64,000 bases of DNA, taken from contig CAVYRH010000004.1 of NCBI GenBank assembly GCA_963770835.1, positions 608,001 through 672,000 of the forward strand, written 5' to 3'. Made by a program: the position numbers and the translations under genes. Source of the stretch: an uncultured Pseudomonadota bacterium (GTDB taxonomy: Bacteria > Oederibacteriota > Muellerivitia > Muellerivitales > Muellerivitaceae). This document shows, one piece after another, positions 38,205 through 47,665 of this stretch. Position 1 is the stretch's first letter. Each line of letters opens with the position of its first letter. The notes below the pieces were generated by a model, which worked only from the letters and a program-made list of their open reading frames with translations, did not search any database and was not told the origin of the DNA.

Positions 38205-38575
38205 AGAAGGTTCCTTTAAAATAATTTCATTTAACAGAAAAACCACCGTGGATTCGCGGATCATTATAGGAGCCGATCTCGGACCTTCAAAATAAATTTT
38301 CTTAGACTGGAAGTTTCCAGAAATACAAGTAAAGTTTTGGTAACCACCGAATGGACAAGGGATGAAAATCGCCATTCCGTTAAAGCCCAAGATTTGAAAG
38401 CCACCAAACTTAAAATCCTCTGACCACTTTCATACGTTTAATCGTCCGTTGAAGATAAAAAACAGGCCGATTGGGAATTCCTTCCCCCTTTTATTTCGGG
38501 TTGCAGTACCTTTTATTTAAAGCGGGTAAATCCAACGGGAAAATTGGATAATTGCGGCAAAAGGCGGTTCCGCGA

Positions 38576-39184
38576 ATGATTCGAAAAAAGATCATCATTG
38601 TCCTTTTAGCTTCCCTCTTCCTGGCGCGGCCCTTGTTGGCCGATGAAGCGCCCGATCCCAAGGCAAAACCGAAAACCGACCCACCTCCAGCGGCCATGTC
38701 CTTGGAGGATTTGGGCTTCTCATCGGATGACCTGAAAAGCGACCCCCAATTCCAAAAGGACCTCCAAACAAGGTCCGACATGCTGCAAATCCACCAGACC
38801 TTGGGGCTGATTACGGCGGTCCCGATGACCACCGAGTTTGTCCTGGGCATCGTGACCGCCGGGAACGTTGCCAACGGAAGCACGAACACGGGCCTCCACG
38901 AAGGCCTGGGGCTCGCCACCGCCGGGTTATACGTCACCACCGCCATGTTCGCGATTTTGGCCCCGAAGCCCAAGGGCTTGAAACCCAGCGGCAACACGAA
39001 AACCCACGTGGATTTGGTTTGGGTCCATGCGCCTTTGATGGTCGCCGTGCCCATTTTGGGGGAAATCGTCGACGACCGGGTGCAGAACCACCAACCCTTA
39101 GGGGACCTGGGGACGATTCACGGCATCCTGGCGACGGCCCTAGTGGTTTCCTATTTGACATCCTTAACGGTCATTACTTTTTAG
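38576..39184 (+). CDS. Membrane protein with His residues in four hydrophobic segments (possible b-type heme protein)
   Basis: IHQTLGL, LHEGLGL, THVDLVWVH, IHGILAT; directly upstream of a YceI gene. Confidence 0.55.
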   Translation: MIRKKIIIVLLASLFLARPLLADEAPDPKAKPKTDPPPAAMSLEDLGFSSDDLKSDPQFQKDLQTRSDMLQIHQTLGLITAVPMTTEFVLGIVTAGNVANGSTNTGLHEGLGLATAGLYVTTAMFAILAPKPKGLKPSGNTKTHVDLVWVHAPLMVAVPILGEIVDDRVQNHQPLGDLGTIHGILATALVVSYLTSLTVITF

Positions 39185-39192
39185 GGGGGGAC

Positions 39193-39759
39193 ATGAAAAA
39201 AACCTTAGCCTACTCCTTTCTTTTCCTGCTTCCGGCCTTGGCGTTTTCGGCGGATTCCAAAGTGAATTGGAAGCTTGAGAAGTCCGAATTGACCTATACG
39301 GTGACCCATCCCCTCCACGTGGTCCATGGGACCAGCATGGCGGCGCGGGGGGAGGGACTCCGTAACCCGGACGGCACCTGGCAGTTTTTGGTGGCGGTTC
39401 CGGTCCAATCCTTCGACTCCGGGGACAGCAACCGCGACCTCCACATGCAGGAAGTGACCCGGTCCGGCCTTTATCCCTTGATCAAAGTGACCGCGGTCGT
39501 CGCCAAGCTGGCCGAGGGGGAAGCCCCCCAGACCATCACCGCGGACGTTGACATTGAGTTCGCGGGTAAAAAGGCCCACGACCCCGGGCAGGTATTGGAA
39601 GTTTTGGAGTGGAAACCGGGAGAAGTCCACCTCCAAGGCATAATTATCCTGAGCTTGAAAGCCTTTAATATCACGCCGCCCAGCCTGTTGGCGATGCCGG
39701 TCCAGGACGCCGTTCCAGTAAAGCTGGACATGTTTTGGAAGATGGCCGATTTGAAGTGA
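39193..39759 (+). CDS. YceI-family protein
   Basis: YTVTHPLH, SFDSGDSNRDLHM, FNITPPS. Confidence 0.85.
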   Translation: MKKTLAYSFLFLLPALAFSADSKVNWKLEKSELTYTVTHPLHVVHGTSMAARGEGLRNPDGTWQFLVAVPVQSFDSGDSNRDLHMQEVTRSGLYPLIKVTAVVAKLAEGEAPQTITADVDIEFAGKKAHDPGQVLEVLEWKPGEVHLQGIIILSLKAFNITPPSLLAMPVQDAVPVKLDMFWKMADLK

Positions 39760-39808
39760 AATTTTAGGATTGTTCGGTATACGCAGTTGACCGCCAAAGG
39801 GGCTTCAT

Positions 39809-40708
39809 ATGAACGTGGGACTTTGGATTCAAAAACAGCCAAAAATTAATATATTTATCCTCGCCACATTCCTGTTCCTAGCGGATGAATTTATCGACTA
39901 CCGCACCGGGCCGGAACTGAACATGTCGTTCTTTCACCTTGTGCCCCTCTTTTTAATCGTTTGGAACGCGGGGTTCCTTCCCGGGCTCGCCTATTCCTTC
40001 TTTTGCGCCATCGTCATGCTCTTCGTGACGATCCACCCCTTGCTCACCCTCCCGACGGCCGTCCAGGCTTTCAACGTCCTCGCCAACCTCGTCTTCTACC
40101 TCGCCTTCATCGCCGTTTTGGCCCAGCTGAAAAAATACCTGGAAAAGGTGACCTTTATGGCCGAGGTTGACGGCCTCACGAACCTCCTCAACCCGCGCAC
40201 TTTTTTACAGCGCGCGGAGCGGGAAATCCGGGGAGCCGCCAAGGCCTGGGAGCCGGTCACGGTCCTCTTCATCGACGTGGACGACTTCAAAAGGCTGAAC
40301 GATACCTTCGGCCATGGGGCGGGGGACGAAGTCTTGAAATCCATTGGAAAAACCCTGAACGCCCATTTCCGGAAAAGGGACCTGCGCGCCAGGATGGGCG
40401 GGGATGAGTTCGCGGTCCTGTTGCCGGGCTTCCCGGTGGAAGCGGCGAAGGCGGAGATCCCAAGGTTCCACGAAAATTTGAACCGGTCGCTGGCGGGAAC
40501 TAAAGGGGCCCCGACTTGCAGCATCGGGGCGGTTTCATTCCTCAAAACCCCCGCCTCCGCCCAGGCGGCCCTAGCCGAGGCGGACAGCCTGATGTACCAA
40601 GTGAAGTTGAGCGGGAAAAACAGCTGGATCTGGAAGGCAACCCCTTCCCAAGGGTCCGGCCCCGGCGTCTTGTTGGAAAAACCAGTGGCAACCGGCGTCA
40701 CGAAGTAA
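39809..40708 (+). CDS. Membrane diguanylate cyclase
   Basis: TM N-terminus, DVDDFKRLND.FGH, RMGGDEF. Confidence 0.93.
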   Translation: MNVGLWIQKQPKINIFILATFLFLADEFIDYRTGPELNMSFFHLVPLFLIVWNAGFLPGLAYSFFCAIVMLFVTIHPLLTLPTAVQAFNVLANLVFYLAFIAVLAQLKKYLEKVTFMAEVDGLTNLLNPRTFLQRAEREIRGAAKAWEPVTVLFIDVDDFKRLNDTFGHGAGDEVLKSIGKTLNAHFRKRDLRARMGGDEFAVLLPGFPVEAAKAEIPRFHENLNRSLAGTKGAPTCSIGAVSFLKTPASAQAALAEADSLMYQVKLSGKNSWIWKATPSQGSGPGVLLEKPVATGVTK

Positions 40709-40733
40709 ACCATTTAGAAGCGGTGGCCCACCT

Positions 40734-42365
40734 TTATTTCTTTCCCTGCTGGTACAGATAGTTCGCCAAGTCCTGGATTTGCGCGGGAGTCAGCTGGTCC
40801 GTGAAGCCCGACATGGCCGCGTCCTTGTTGAGCGAAAGCGGGTTCTTGATATAAGCCGCGATGTAATCCGCGTCACGGCCCTGCCCGATGTGGGACAGGT
40901 CGGGGCCGATATCCTCGCCTACGCCGTGGAACTTGTGGCAGGAGGCGCAATTGTCCTCATAAAGTTTGGGCGCCTGGGCTGAGAAAGCCCCTCCCCCCAA
41001 ACTGCTCATATAAGCCACCAGGGCCTCCACTTCTCCGTCCAATAGGTTGAAATTGGGCATCTTGGTGCTGGGTGTGACCTTTTTGGGGTCGCGGAAATGG
41101 GCGGCCAACCAGTCCCGGTTGCGCCGCAAACCCACTTCGTCCAAGGCCGGGCCCACGGTTCCGCCGCGCCCGTTGAGGCTATGGCAATACTGGCAATGGA
41201 GGTCCGTGAAAAGCCTTTTCCCTTCCATGATGAGCGGATCTTTCTGGGTAATAGGGTTGGTCAAGGGCGTGCGGGCGCCCTGGACGGTCAAAATGATGAC
41301 CCCCAGGACCGCCATCCATCCCGCGGCCACTAGCCATTTGCGGTCCGCCGGGTGGCGCTTGGGTCCCTTGTCCAAGAAGGGCAGGGCCAGGAGGGCCAGG
41401 ATTACCAGGGTGGGGAGCAGGACGATGGCGAAAGCCTCGGATTTCCCCGGGAAATATTTCAGAAGCTGAAATACGGAAAGGAAATACCATTCGGGCCGGG
41501 GGTTATAGGTGGTATCGGTGGGATTGGCCAAATCCTCAAGTTCGGCGCCCCTCCACAATGCCACAGCCACCACAATGGCGAAGACGATGAAGACGGCAGT
41601 GGTGTCCTTGAAAATGATGTAGGGCCAGAAGGATTTTCCCTGGGCCTTCAGCTCGGCGTAACGGGCCTTGTAGCGGGCCTTCCAATCGGGTTCCTTGCCG
41701 GTCGAGGAAGGATCCCTTTCAGGAGGAGCGGAGATGCCGTGCCAAACCACCAAGAAAAGATGGACGCCGATGAAAAGGATAGCCAGGATCGGAAGAACCA
41801 GCACGTGAATGGCGTAAAACCGGGCCAGGGTGATGGCGCCCAGGTCCTGGCCGCCTTTCATGATCTTGGAAAGGGCGTCCCCAAGAAACGGAACCTGCTC
41901 CACCATGTGGGCCCCCACGGTGGTGGCCCAGTAGGCCTTTTGGTCCCAGGGCAAAAGATAACCGGTGAAACCGAAGCCGATCACCAGGAAGAAAAGGAAC
42001 ACGCCCGTGAACCAGGTGACCTCGCGGGGGTATTTATAGGCGCCCATCATGAAGACGCGTAAAAGGTGCAGGAAGGCGGCCACCACCATGCCGGTGGCGC
42101 CCCATTTATGGAGGCTCCTTAAAAAAGACCCCATGGGGACTTCGTTGGTAATGTACCGGACCGAATCATAGGCGTGGTCGGGCGAGGGGGAGTAATGCAT
42201 GGCTAAGAGCATGCCCGTGACCACCTGGAGGATGAAAAAGAAAAGGGTGATGCTGCCCAGGGTGTAACGCCAGCCGACGCCCTTGGGGATGTGGCGGTCG
42301 AAGATGACTTCCTTGATCTTGCGCCAGCCGGTGCGCTCATCCAGCCAGTCGAGGATTTTTTTCAT
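40734..42365 (-). CDS. Cytochrome b (bc complex) fused to two C-terminal c-type cytochrome domains
   Basis: LHKWGA, LHLLRV, GYLLPWDQ, PEWY; CQYCH and CASCH with distal Met. Confidence 0.93.
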   Translation of the reverse strand: MKKILDWLDERTGWRKIKEVIFDRHIPKGVGWRYTLGSITLFFFILQVVTGMLLAMHYSPSPDHAYDSVRYITNEVPMGSFLRSLHKWGATGMVVAAFLHLLRVFMMGAYKYPREVTWFTGVFLFFLVIGFGFTGYLLPWDQKAYWATTVGAHMVEQVPFLGDALSKIMKGGQDLGAITLARFYAIHVLVLPILAILFIGVHLFLVVWHGISAPPERDPSSTGKEPDWKARYKARYAELKAQGKSFWPYIIFKDTTAVFIVFAIVVAVALWRGAELEDLANPTDTTYNPRPEWYFLSVFQLLKYFPGKSEAFAIVLLPTLVILALLALPFLDKGPKRHPADRKWLVAAGWMAVLGVIILTVQGARTPLTNPITQKDPLIMEGKRLFTDLHCQYCHSLNGRGGTVGPALDEVGLRRNRDWLAAHFRDPKKVTPSTKMPNFNLLDGEVEALVAYMSSLGGGAFSAQAPKLYEDNCASCHKFHGVGEDIGPDLSHIGQGRDADYIAAYIKNPLSLNKDAAMSGFTDQLTPAQIQDLANYLYQQGKK

Positions 42366-42868
42366 CACGCTTCCCCCTGTGGCAGGATAAACAGGTTGCC
42401 GTTTTCTATTTTCACCTGGTAGCGGTTCAGCGGTTTCGGCGGCGGGCCCGAGATGACATGCCCGTCCTTGGCGAAGGTGCCGCCGTGGCAGGGGCAAAGG
42501 AAAGCCTTCTTGGTGGCATCCCAGCGGTAGGGGCAGCCCAGGTGGGTGCAATGGGGGTCATAGGCTACCCAGTCCTCCCCCTGTTTGACCACCCAGACGG
42601 AGCTGCCGCTCTCGATGACCTCCCAGCCGTCCTCCTTGCGGTTGACGTAGTCCACCTTCACCGGGTCCCCGGCCTGCAGGCCGGCCACAGGGCCCACATT
42701 CACCCAGCCTTCCTTTTTGCGGCGCCAAGCGGGGGAAAGAAAATAGGAAACACCCGAACCGCCGAGGACGAAGGCGATCATCGCCCCCATCAACGTGATC
42801 ATGCCGATGAGGAAATTCCGGCGTTTGGGGTTTTCCGGGTCCGGGCGCGGGGCGGGGGATTCTGACAT
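42365..42868 (-). CDS. Rieske [2Fe-2S] subunit
   Basis: Tat motif KRRNFL, TM anchor, CTHLGC and CPCHGG. Confidence 0.95.
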   Translation of the reverse strand: MSESPAPRPDPENPKRRNFLIGMITLMGAMIAFVLGGSGVSYFLSPAWRRKKEGWVNVGPVAGLQAGDPVKVDYVNRKEDGWEVIESGSSVWVVKQGEDWVAYDPHCTHLGCPYRWDATKKAFLCPCHGGTFAKDGHVISGPPPKPLNRYQVKIENGNLFILPQGEA

Positions 42869-42914
42869 AATTCTCTCCTGAGCGAATTGGGGGCTCTAAT
42901 TAAAAGTCGGGTTT

Positions 42915-42946
42915 AAAAAAAGGCCGGGTCCAAAGGGCCCGGCCTT
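42915..42946 (-). terminator. Intrinsic terminator between the cyc2-like and Rieske genes
   Basis: Minus strand aaggccgggccc-ttt-ggacccggcc followed by a T-run. Confidence 0.7.
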
Positions 42947-42968
42947 CGCTACGTTAACTGAGGTTTGG

Positions 42969-44387
42969 TTAAAAAGCGAGCCAGGCCATGGCCATCAAAG
43001 TGTTGTTATCCGAGGCTTTCCGTGCGGTGGCCCCGTCATAACCCAGCTCGGTGGTCGGATCCACATTGTCCCCGCCGCCGTTGAACTTCCAATAGGCGGT
43101 GTACTGCAGGGTGAGCTTGGTGTTAAGCCAGGGCAGGTAATTGATCTCGTAAATCATGCCGTTGGACGTGGGATCACCCGTGGCGCTGCCGCTATAGGGT
43201 GTCGGGGTGTAAATCACGTCATCCGTAGTCCCACCCAGGCCAAAATAAGCCACGGTGAAACCGATGGACCTTTGGTAATAAAAGGTCCCGTTGATCCGGA
43301 AAAGCTCCAACTGGTCGTCCAGGTTGGCTGACCCGGGGGCGGCTTCGTTGAAAGTGGAATTCAGCGTCTGGTATTCCCGGATCCAGGAAACCTGGAGGGA
43401 AGGCTGGATTTCCTTGGTGATGTACTGGGCTTGGGCATCGATGCCGAAATCCGTGAAGTTGTCCGCGGTGAACCCGGCCGGAATGCCGGCCGCCGGGGCC
43501 ACATCCTCGGAAAACACGAAGCCCCCTAATTCGAAGGAGCTGTCGCCCACTTCCTGGTTGAAAGCCACGCGGGCGTAAGGCGCATAGCCCTGAATGGAGG
43601 CCGAACCCACGGCGGCCGGCGCCTGGGGCGCGCTGCGGTAGGCGCTGGCTTCCACGTAAACCAGCTTGTCCAGGTTGAGGTAAGCGCCCAAGCCGCCCAC
43701 GCTACCTCCCAGAGTCGTTATTTGGGGGGCGGCGGTGGGCTGGGGGATGTTGGCGGAGGTGGCGTAGGGGAAGCCCCAGGCCGGAACCGTATTCCAGACG
43801 TCCTGGACGGTCGGGTTGTTGTTGAGGGTCAGGCCGAAGATTGCGTCACGCCCGTCCAGTTGGAAATGGGTGGCGTAGCGCACGTCGGTGTTGTCGGAGT
43901 GGAATACCCCCGAGCCGAAATCATAGGTGGCCTGTATAAAAGCCCCGATATTGGGCGAAATCTCCCCTGCGTAGAAAAGGCTCAATTGCTCGGGGAAAGC
44001 CACGTAGCCCTGCAAGTCGGTGTCGGGGCCTGGAACGGCGGTGGTGGGGTTCTTCACGAAGCTGTCTGAAATCTGCAGCATGGCCGAAAGGGGAGGAGCC
44101 TTGTCGATCTCCATCGACACGTCGCCGGTCTTGTCGTCCTTTTCCGTCACTTTGTCCGATTCACCCGAAACGTAACCGTTCAATTTGAACCAGCGGCCGT
44201 AGGGGGTTAATTCGGGGAAGGCCGTATGACAGGCCATACAAGACATTCCCGTCTGCCGCGAAAAGCTGGGGACGGCCTGGGCCGGGGCGGAAAAAGAACC
44301 CCAAAGGACCGCGGATAAAAGCAGGAAAGACCAGGCGAAGGGGACGCCCATCCCTTTTTTTCTCACGGCCAGGGAATTCTCGCTCAT
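42969..44387 (-). CDS. cyc2: Cyc2-like fused monoheme cytochrome c / outer-membrane porin
   Basis: Signal peptide, then AVPSFSRQTGMSCMACHTAFPELTPYGRWFKLNGY, followed by a beta-barrel ending in WLAF. Confidence 0.8.
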   Translation of the reverse strand: MSENSLAVRKKGMGVPFAWSFLLLSAVLWGSFSAPAQAVPSFSRQTGMSCMACHTAFPELTPYGRWFKLNGYVSGESDKVTEKDDKTGDVSMEIDKAPPLSAMLQISDSFVKNPTTAVPGPDTDLQGYVAFPEQLSLFYAGEISPNIGAFIQATYDFGSGVFHSDNTDVRYATHFQLDGRDAIFGLTLNNNPTVQDVWNTVPAWGFPYATSANIPQPTAAPQITTLGGSVGGLGAYLNLDKLVYVEASAYRSAPQAPAAVGSASIQGYAPYARVAFNQEVGDSSFELGGFVFSEDVAPAAGIPAGFTADNFTDFGIDAQAQYITKEIQPSLQVSWIREYQTLNSTFNEAAPGSANLDDQLELFRINGTFYYQRSIGFTVAYFGLGGTTDDVIYTPTPYSGSATGDPTSNGMIYEINYLPWLNTKLTLQYTAYWKFNGGGDNVDPTTELGYDGATARKASDNNTLMAMAWLAF

Positions 44388-44430
44388 ACAGCCTCCTCAA
44401 ATCAGTTTATTTTTGCGGCTCCGCCCGGTT

Positions 44431-44865
44431 TTATTTTCCGCCCAGGGTGCGGATGTAATTGACCACGTTCCAGCGTTCCTTGTCCGTCAGGTTCTTCGCG
44501 AAGGTGGGCATGGGCTTCTGCCCCTTGGTGATCTTCCAGAAAAGGGCTCCGTCGGTTTCGGCCTTCACTTGGGCGGAGGTCAGGTCGCCCGGTTTTTTCT
44601 TGAGCACCTTGCACATGGGGCCGTCGCCCTTGCCCAGGGTTCCGTGGCAGGAGAGGCACTTGCCGGTGAAGATTTTCTTTCCGGCATCGGTAGAGGTTTT
44701 GTCTGCGGCGATTGGGTTTTGGACCTGCGCGGCATCCGCCGGCACCTGCCAGCCCGTGGCGGCTTCATCGGCCATGGCGCAAGTCAGGGCTAGGCTGAAT
44801 ATCCCCACGGTGGCGAAGAAAGCCAGCAATAGGAAAAAATTTGGGGTGAATCCGATTCGCTTCAT
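44431..44865 (-). CDS. Periplasmic monoheme cytochrome c
   Basis: Signal peptide, CLSCH, MPTF, AAGGAGG RBS. Confidence 0.93.
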   Translation of the reverse strand: MKRIGFTPNFFLLLAFFATVGIFSLALTCAMADEAATGWQVPADAAQVQNPIAADKTSTDAGKKIFTGKCLSCHGTLGKGDGPMCKVLKKKPGDLTSAQVKAETDGALFWKITKGQKPMPTFAKNLTDKERWNVVNYIRTLGGK

Positions 44866-44950
44866 TTGATCCTCCTTGGTTATGACTGACGCGCTAAAGC
44901 TTAAGCACCTTAGCACGAAACCAATACTAGAAGGAGGAGGTGGAGTCATA

Positions 44951-44966
44951 TATGAGCTTCGTCATA
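44951..44966. promoter_or_regulatory. TATGA-N6-TCATA site for the cytochrome c-cyc2 operon
   Basis: TATGAgcttcgTCATA; minus-strand -10 TAGTAT at 44929-44924. Confidence 0.75.
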
Positions 44967-45213
44967 GAGGGCCAGACAGTATTTGGGCGATGGTTTTAGA
45001 AGTTTTTTAAAAGCTTGGGAAAAATTATCTGAGGATTGGGCTGATATGCCTTTTACCTATCATTTTGATAGGTGGTTCCAGTTCCGGTATTTGGTTTACC
45101 TAAACCAAGCGCTTTTAAAAAGAGTCGTGGAATTCGGCCAAACCTTTTTGGGTTTTCCTGGGACAACGGATAGGTTCCGTTAATGTTTTTCAAACGAAGT
45201 CAAGGGCCCGCAT

Positions 45214-45229
45214 TATGACGTTTCTCATA
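45214..45229. promoter_or_regulatory. TATGA-N6-TCATA site for the cNMP protein-diheme cytochrome operon
   Basis: TATGAcgtttcTCATA; candidate -10 CATCCT at 45251-56. Confidence 0.72.
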
Positions 45230-45289
45230 CCCTCCCCTTATAAATAGGATCATCCTAAAGGTGAAATCAGATTCGCAAGGAGGTCCGCC

Positions 45290-45796
45290 ATGGTGTCCGT
45301 TGAAGAAAGGCTTGCCAAGCATCCTTTTTTAAAAGGGATTTCGGGCCCGAATATCCTCATGCTGGCCGAAGACACGGTCCCCATGGTTTTCCAGCCGGGA
45401 GAAATGCTGTTCCACCAAGGGCAGAAGGCCCATTACCTTTTCCTGATTGAAAAGGGGATCGTGGAAGTCGGAATTTTGAAGGGCGACAAATGCGGACCGG
45501 TCACCATCACCCACGTGGGGAAGGGCGGAAGCCTGGGATGGTCCTGGGCCTTCGCGCCCTTCACGTGGAAGTTCGACGCCCGGGCCAAAGAACGGGTGGA
45601 GACCCTGGCCCTGGACGGAAAGCCCGTCATGGCCAAACTGGGGCGCTATCCCATGCTGGGTTACGAGTTCATGCGACAGATGTCCCATTCCCTGTCCGAG
45701 GCGCTGGATGCCACCCGCCACCAGCTGGTGAAGATCCACCACCACGCGCCGGAAATCGAAAGGGAAATCCTCTATTTCCCCTCGCCCATCGTTTAA
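45290..45796 (+). CDS. Stand-alone cyclic-nucleotide-binding-fold protein (no HTH)
   Basis: FQPGEMLFHQG..AHYLFLIEKG, LGWSW..PF.W.FDARA. Confidence 0.85.
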   Translation: MVSVEERLAKHPFLKGISGPNILMLAEDTVPMVFQPGEMLFHQGQKAHYLFLIEKGIVEVGILKGDKCGPVTITHVGKGGSLGWSWAFAPFTWKFDARAKERVETLALDGKPVMAKLGRYPMLGYEFMRQMSHSLSEALDATRHQLVKIHHHAPEIEREILYFPSPIV

Positions 45797-45816
45797 GCTT
45801 TCCCTGGGAGGCGGTC

Positions 45817-46446
45817 ATGGGGAAACTTATGGGGCTTAAAATGCGTACAGGTTTTTTGGTTGTCGTAGTTATCTTGCTCGTCGGAATTACCGCCGATTCC
45901 TCCTGGAAAGAATCGTCCGGTACGGGCCTTCAAGCGGCGGAAAATCCCCTCGTTATCCAAGGCCGCCGGCTTTACACCCAATTTCATTGCGAGTATTGCC
46001 ATCGGCTGAAAGGACGCGGCGGCACCGTGGGCCCGGCCCTGGACAATGTGGGCTTCCGAAGGACGACCGAATGGCTGTCGGACCATTTCCAGAACCCCCA
46101 AAAACTTTCGAAGGGTTCCCAAATGGCCCGCATTCCACTGAAGGACGACCAGGTGAAAGCCTTGACGGCCTTCATGAACAGCCTGGGCGGGCGGACCTTT
46201 ACGCCCGAAGCCCCCACACTCTTCGTGCAATATTGCAGTTCCTGCCACCGGATGAACGACATCGGCGTTCCCACCACGGTCGACCTTTCCAACGAAGGGC
46301 AATTCCGTGACATTGATTTCATACAGAACCGCATCAAGGACCCCCTGCAAATGAAACCTACCACCACCATGCCGAGTTTCGGCCGGGTGCTCACCGACGC
46401 CCAGATCAAGGACCTGGCGGTTTATATCTTCCGTGGGGGGCGTTGA
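45817..46446 (+). CDS. Diheme cytochrome c
   Basis: N-terminal hydrophobic anchor, CEYCH and CSSCH; paralogous to the tail of the cytochrome b fusion. Confidence 0.88.
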   Translation: MGKLMGLKMRTGFLVVVVILLVGITADSSWKESSGTGLQAAENPLVIQGRRLYTQFHCEYCHRLKGRGGTVGPALDNVGFRRTTEWLSDHFQNPQKLSKGSQMARIPLKDDQVKALTAFMNSLGGRTFTPEAPTLFVQYCSSCHRMNDIGVPTTVDLSNEGQFRDIDFIQNRIKDPLQMKPTTTMPSFGRVLTDAQIKDLAVYIFRGGR

Positions 46447-46565
46447 TTCTCAATCTTCCCTCAAAGATAAAATGACCACTTGGTTTCGGATGGGGTCTTG
46501 GGTAAAGATGATTTAAAGCCGCTTCATCCAGTAAAAAAATCTAAAAAGCATCCAGGGAGTCTTTT

Positions 46566-47597
46566 ATGCATTACCGCCGCTTCGGCCGCACCGGCCTTTT
46601 CGTTTCCGAGCTTTGTTTCGGCGCCATGACCTTCGGCGGGAGGGGCTTCTGGACCGCTATCGGAAAATTGGACGCTTCCGAGGCCCAGGCCCTCATCGGC
46701 GCCTCGCTGGACGCAGGGATCAACCTTATCGACACCGCCGACGTTTATTCCGAGGGCGAATCCGAAAGGCTGGTGGGGGAAGCCCTGGCGGCCCTGAACC
46801 GGCCGCGCCACGAGATTTTGGTGGCCACCAAATGCCGGGGAAAGGTCGGGAACACTCCCAACGACATGGGCCTCTCCCGCGGCCACATCCTGCGTTCCAT
46901 CGATGGGAGCCTGAAGCGGCTGAAACTCGACTTCGTGGACCTCTACCAAATTCACGGCTTCGATCCCGAAACGCCGCTGGAGGAAACCATGCGGGCTCTG
47001 GACGACGTGGTGAAATCGGGCAAGGCGCGCTATGTGGGGTTCTGCAATCTTTCCGCCTGGCAGGCCATGAAGGCCCTGGCCTTCGCGGAGGCCAACGGCC
47101 TCAACCGCTTCGTCAGCGCGCAGATTTATTACTCCATCGGGGGCCGGGACATCGAGCGCGAACTGGCGCCCCTATGCCAGGACCAGGGGCTGGCCATCCT
47201 GCCCTGGAGCCCGCTGGCCGGGGGACTTTTCTCCGGCAAGTACGACCTCGAAAATCCGGGGCCCGAGGGCGCGCGCCGCACGACCTTCGACTTCCCGCCC
47301 GTGGACAAGGTCCGGGCCAAGGAAATCCTGAAGGTTTTGAGGGAAGTCTCCCAGACGGTTGGCGCGCCCGTTTCACGGGTGGCCTTGGCCTGGATGCTCA
47401 CCAAGCCCTTCGTCACCAGCATTATCCTGGGGGCCAAGACCCTGGAACAACTGAAGGACAACCTGCTCGCCACCGACCTGGCGCTTTCGCCGGAACAGAC
47501 CGCGAAGCTGGACGCCGTCAGCGCCATGCCCGCCGAATACCCGGGTTGGATGCTCTCCCGCCAGTCCGTGGAACGAGTGCCCAAAACGGCGAGATAA
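46566..47597 (+). CDS. Aldo/keto reductase
   Basis: IDTADVY, DLYQIHG, PWSPLAGG. Confidence 0.95.
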   Translation: MHYRRFGRTGLFVSELCFGAMTFGGRGFWTAIGKLDASEAQALIGASLDAGINLIDTADVYSEGESERLVGEALAALNRPRHEILVATKCRGKVGNTPNDMGLSRGHILRSIDGSLKRLKLDFVDLYQIHGFDPETPLEETMRALDDVVKSGKARYVGFCNLSAWQAMKALAFAEANGLNRFVSAQIYYSIGGRDIERELAPLCQDQGLAILPWSPLAGGLFSGKYDLENPGPEGARRTTFDFPPVDKVRAKEILKVLREVSQTVGAPVSRVALAWMLTKPFVTSIILGAKTLEQLKDNLLATDLALSPEQTAKLDAVSAMPAEYPGWMLSRQSVERVPKTAR

Positions 47598-47665
47598 GAA
47601 TTTATGGAAATTTTATGAAATCAACTGAACGAACCAGAACTTTACTTTTGGTTGAAAGCTTCTTT

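Noticed and set aside
42366..42551. N-terminal extension of cytochrome b in the ORF track (similar extensions at 45490, 39019 and 28397)
   Set aside because: The extensions overlap neighbouring genes or repeats; internal starts fit the family N-termini better.
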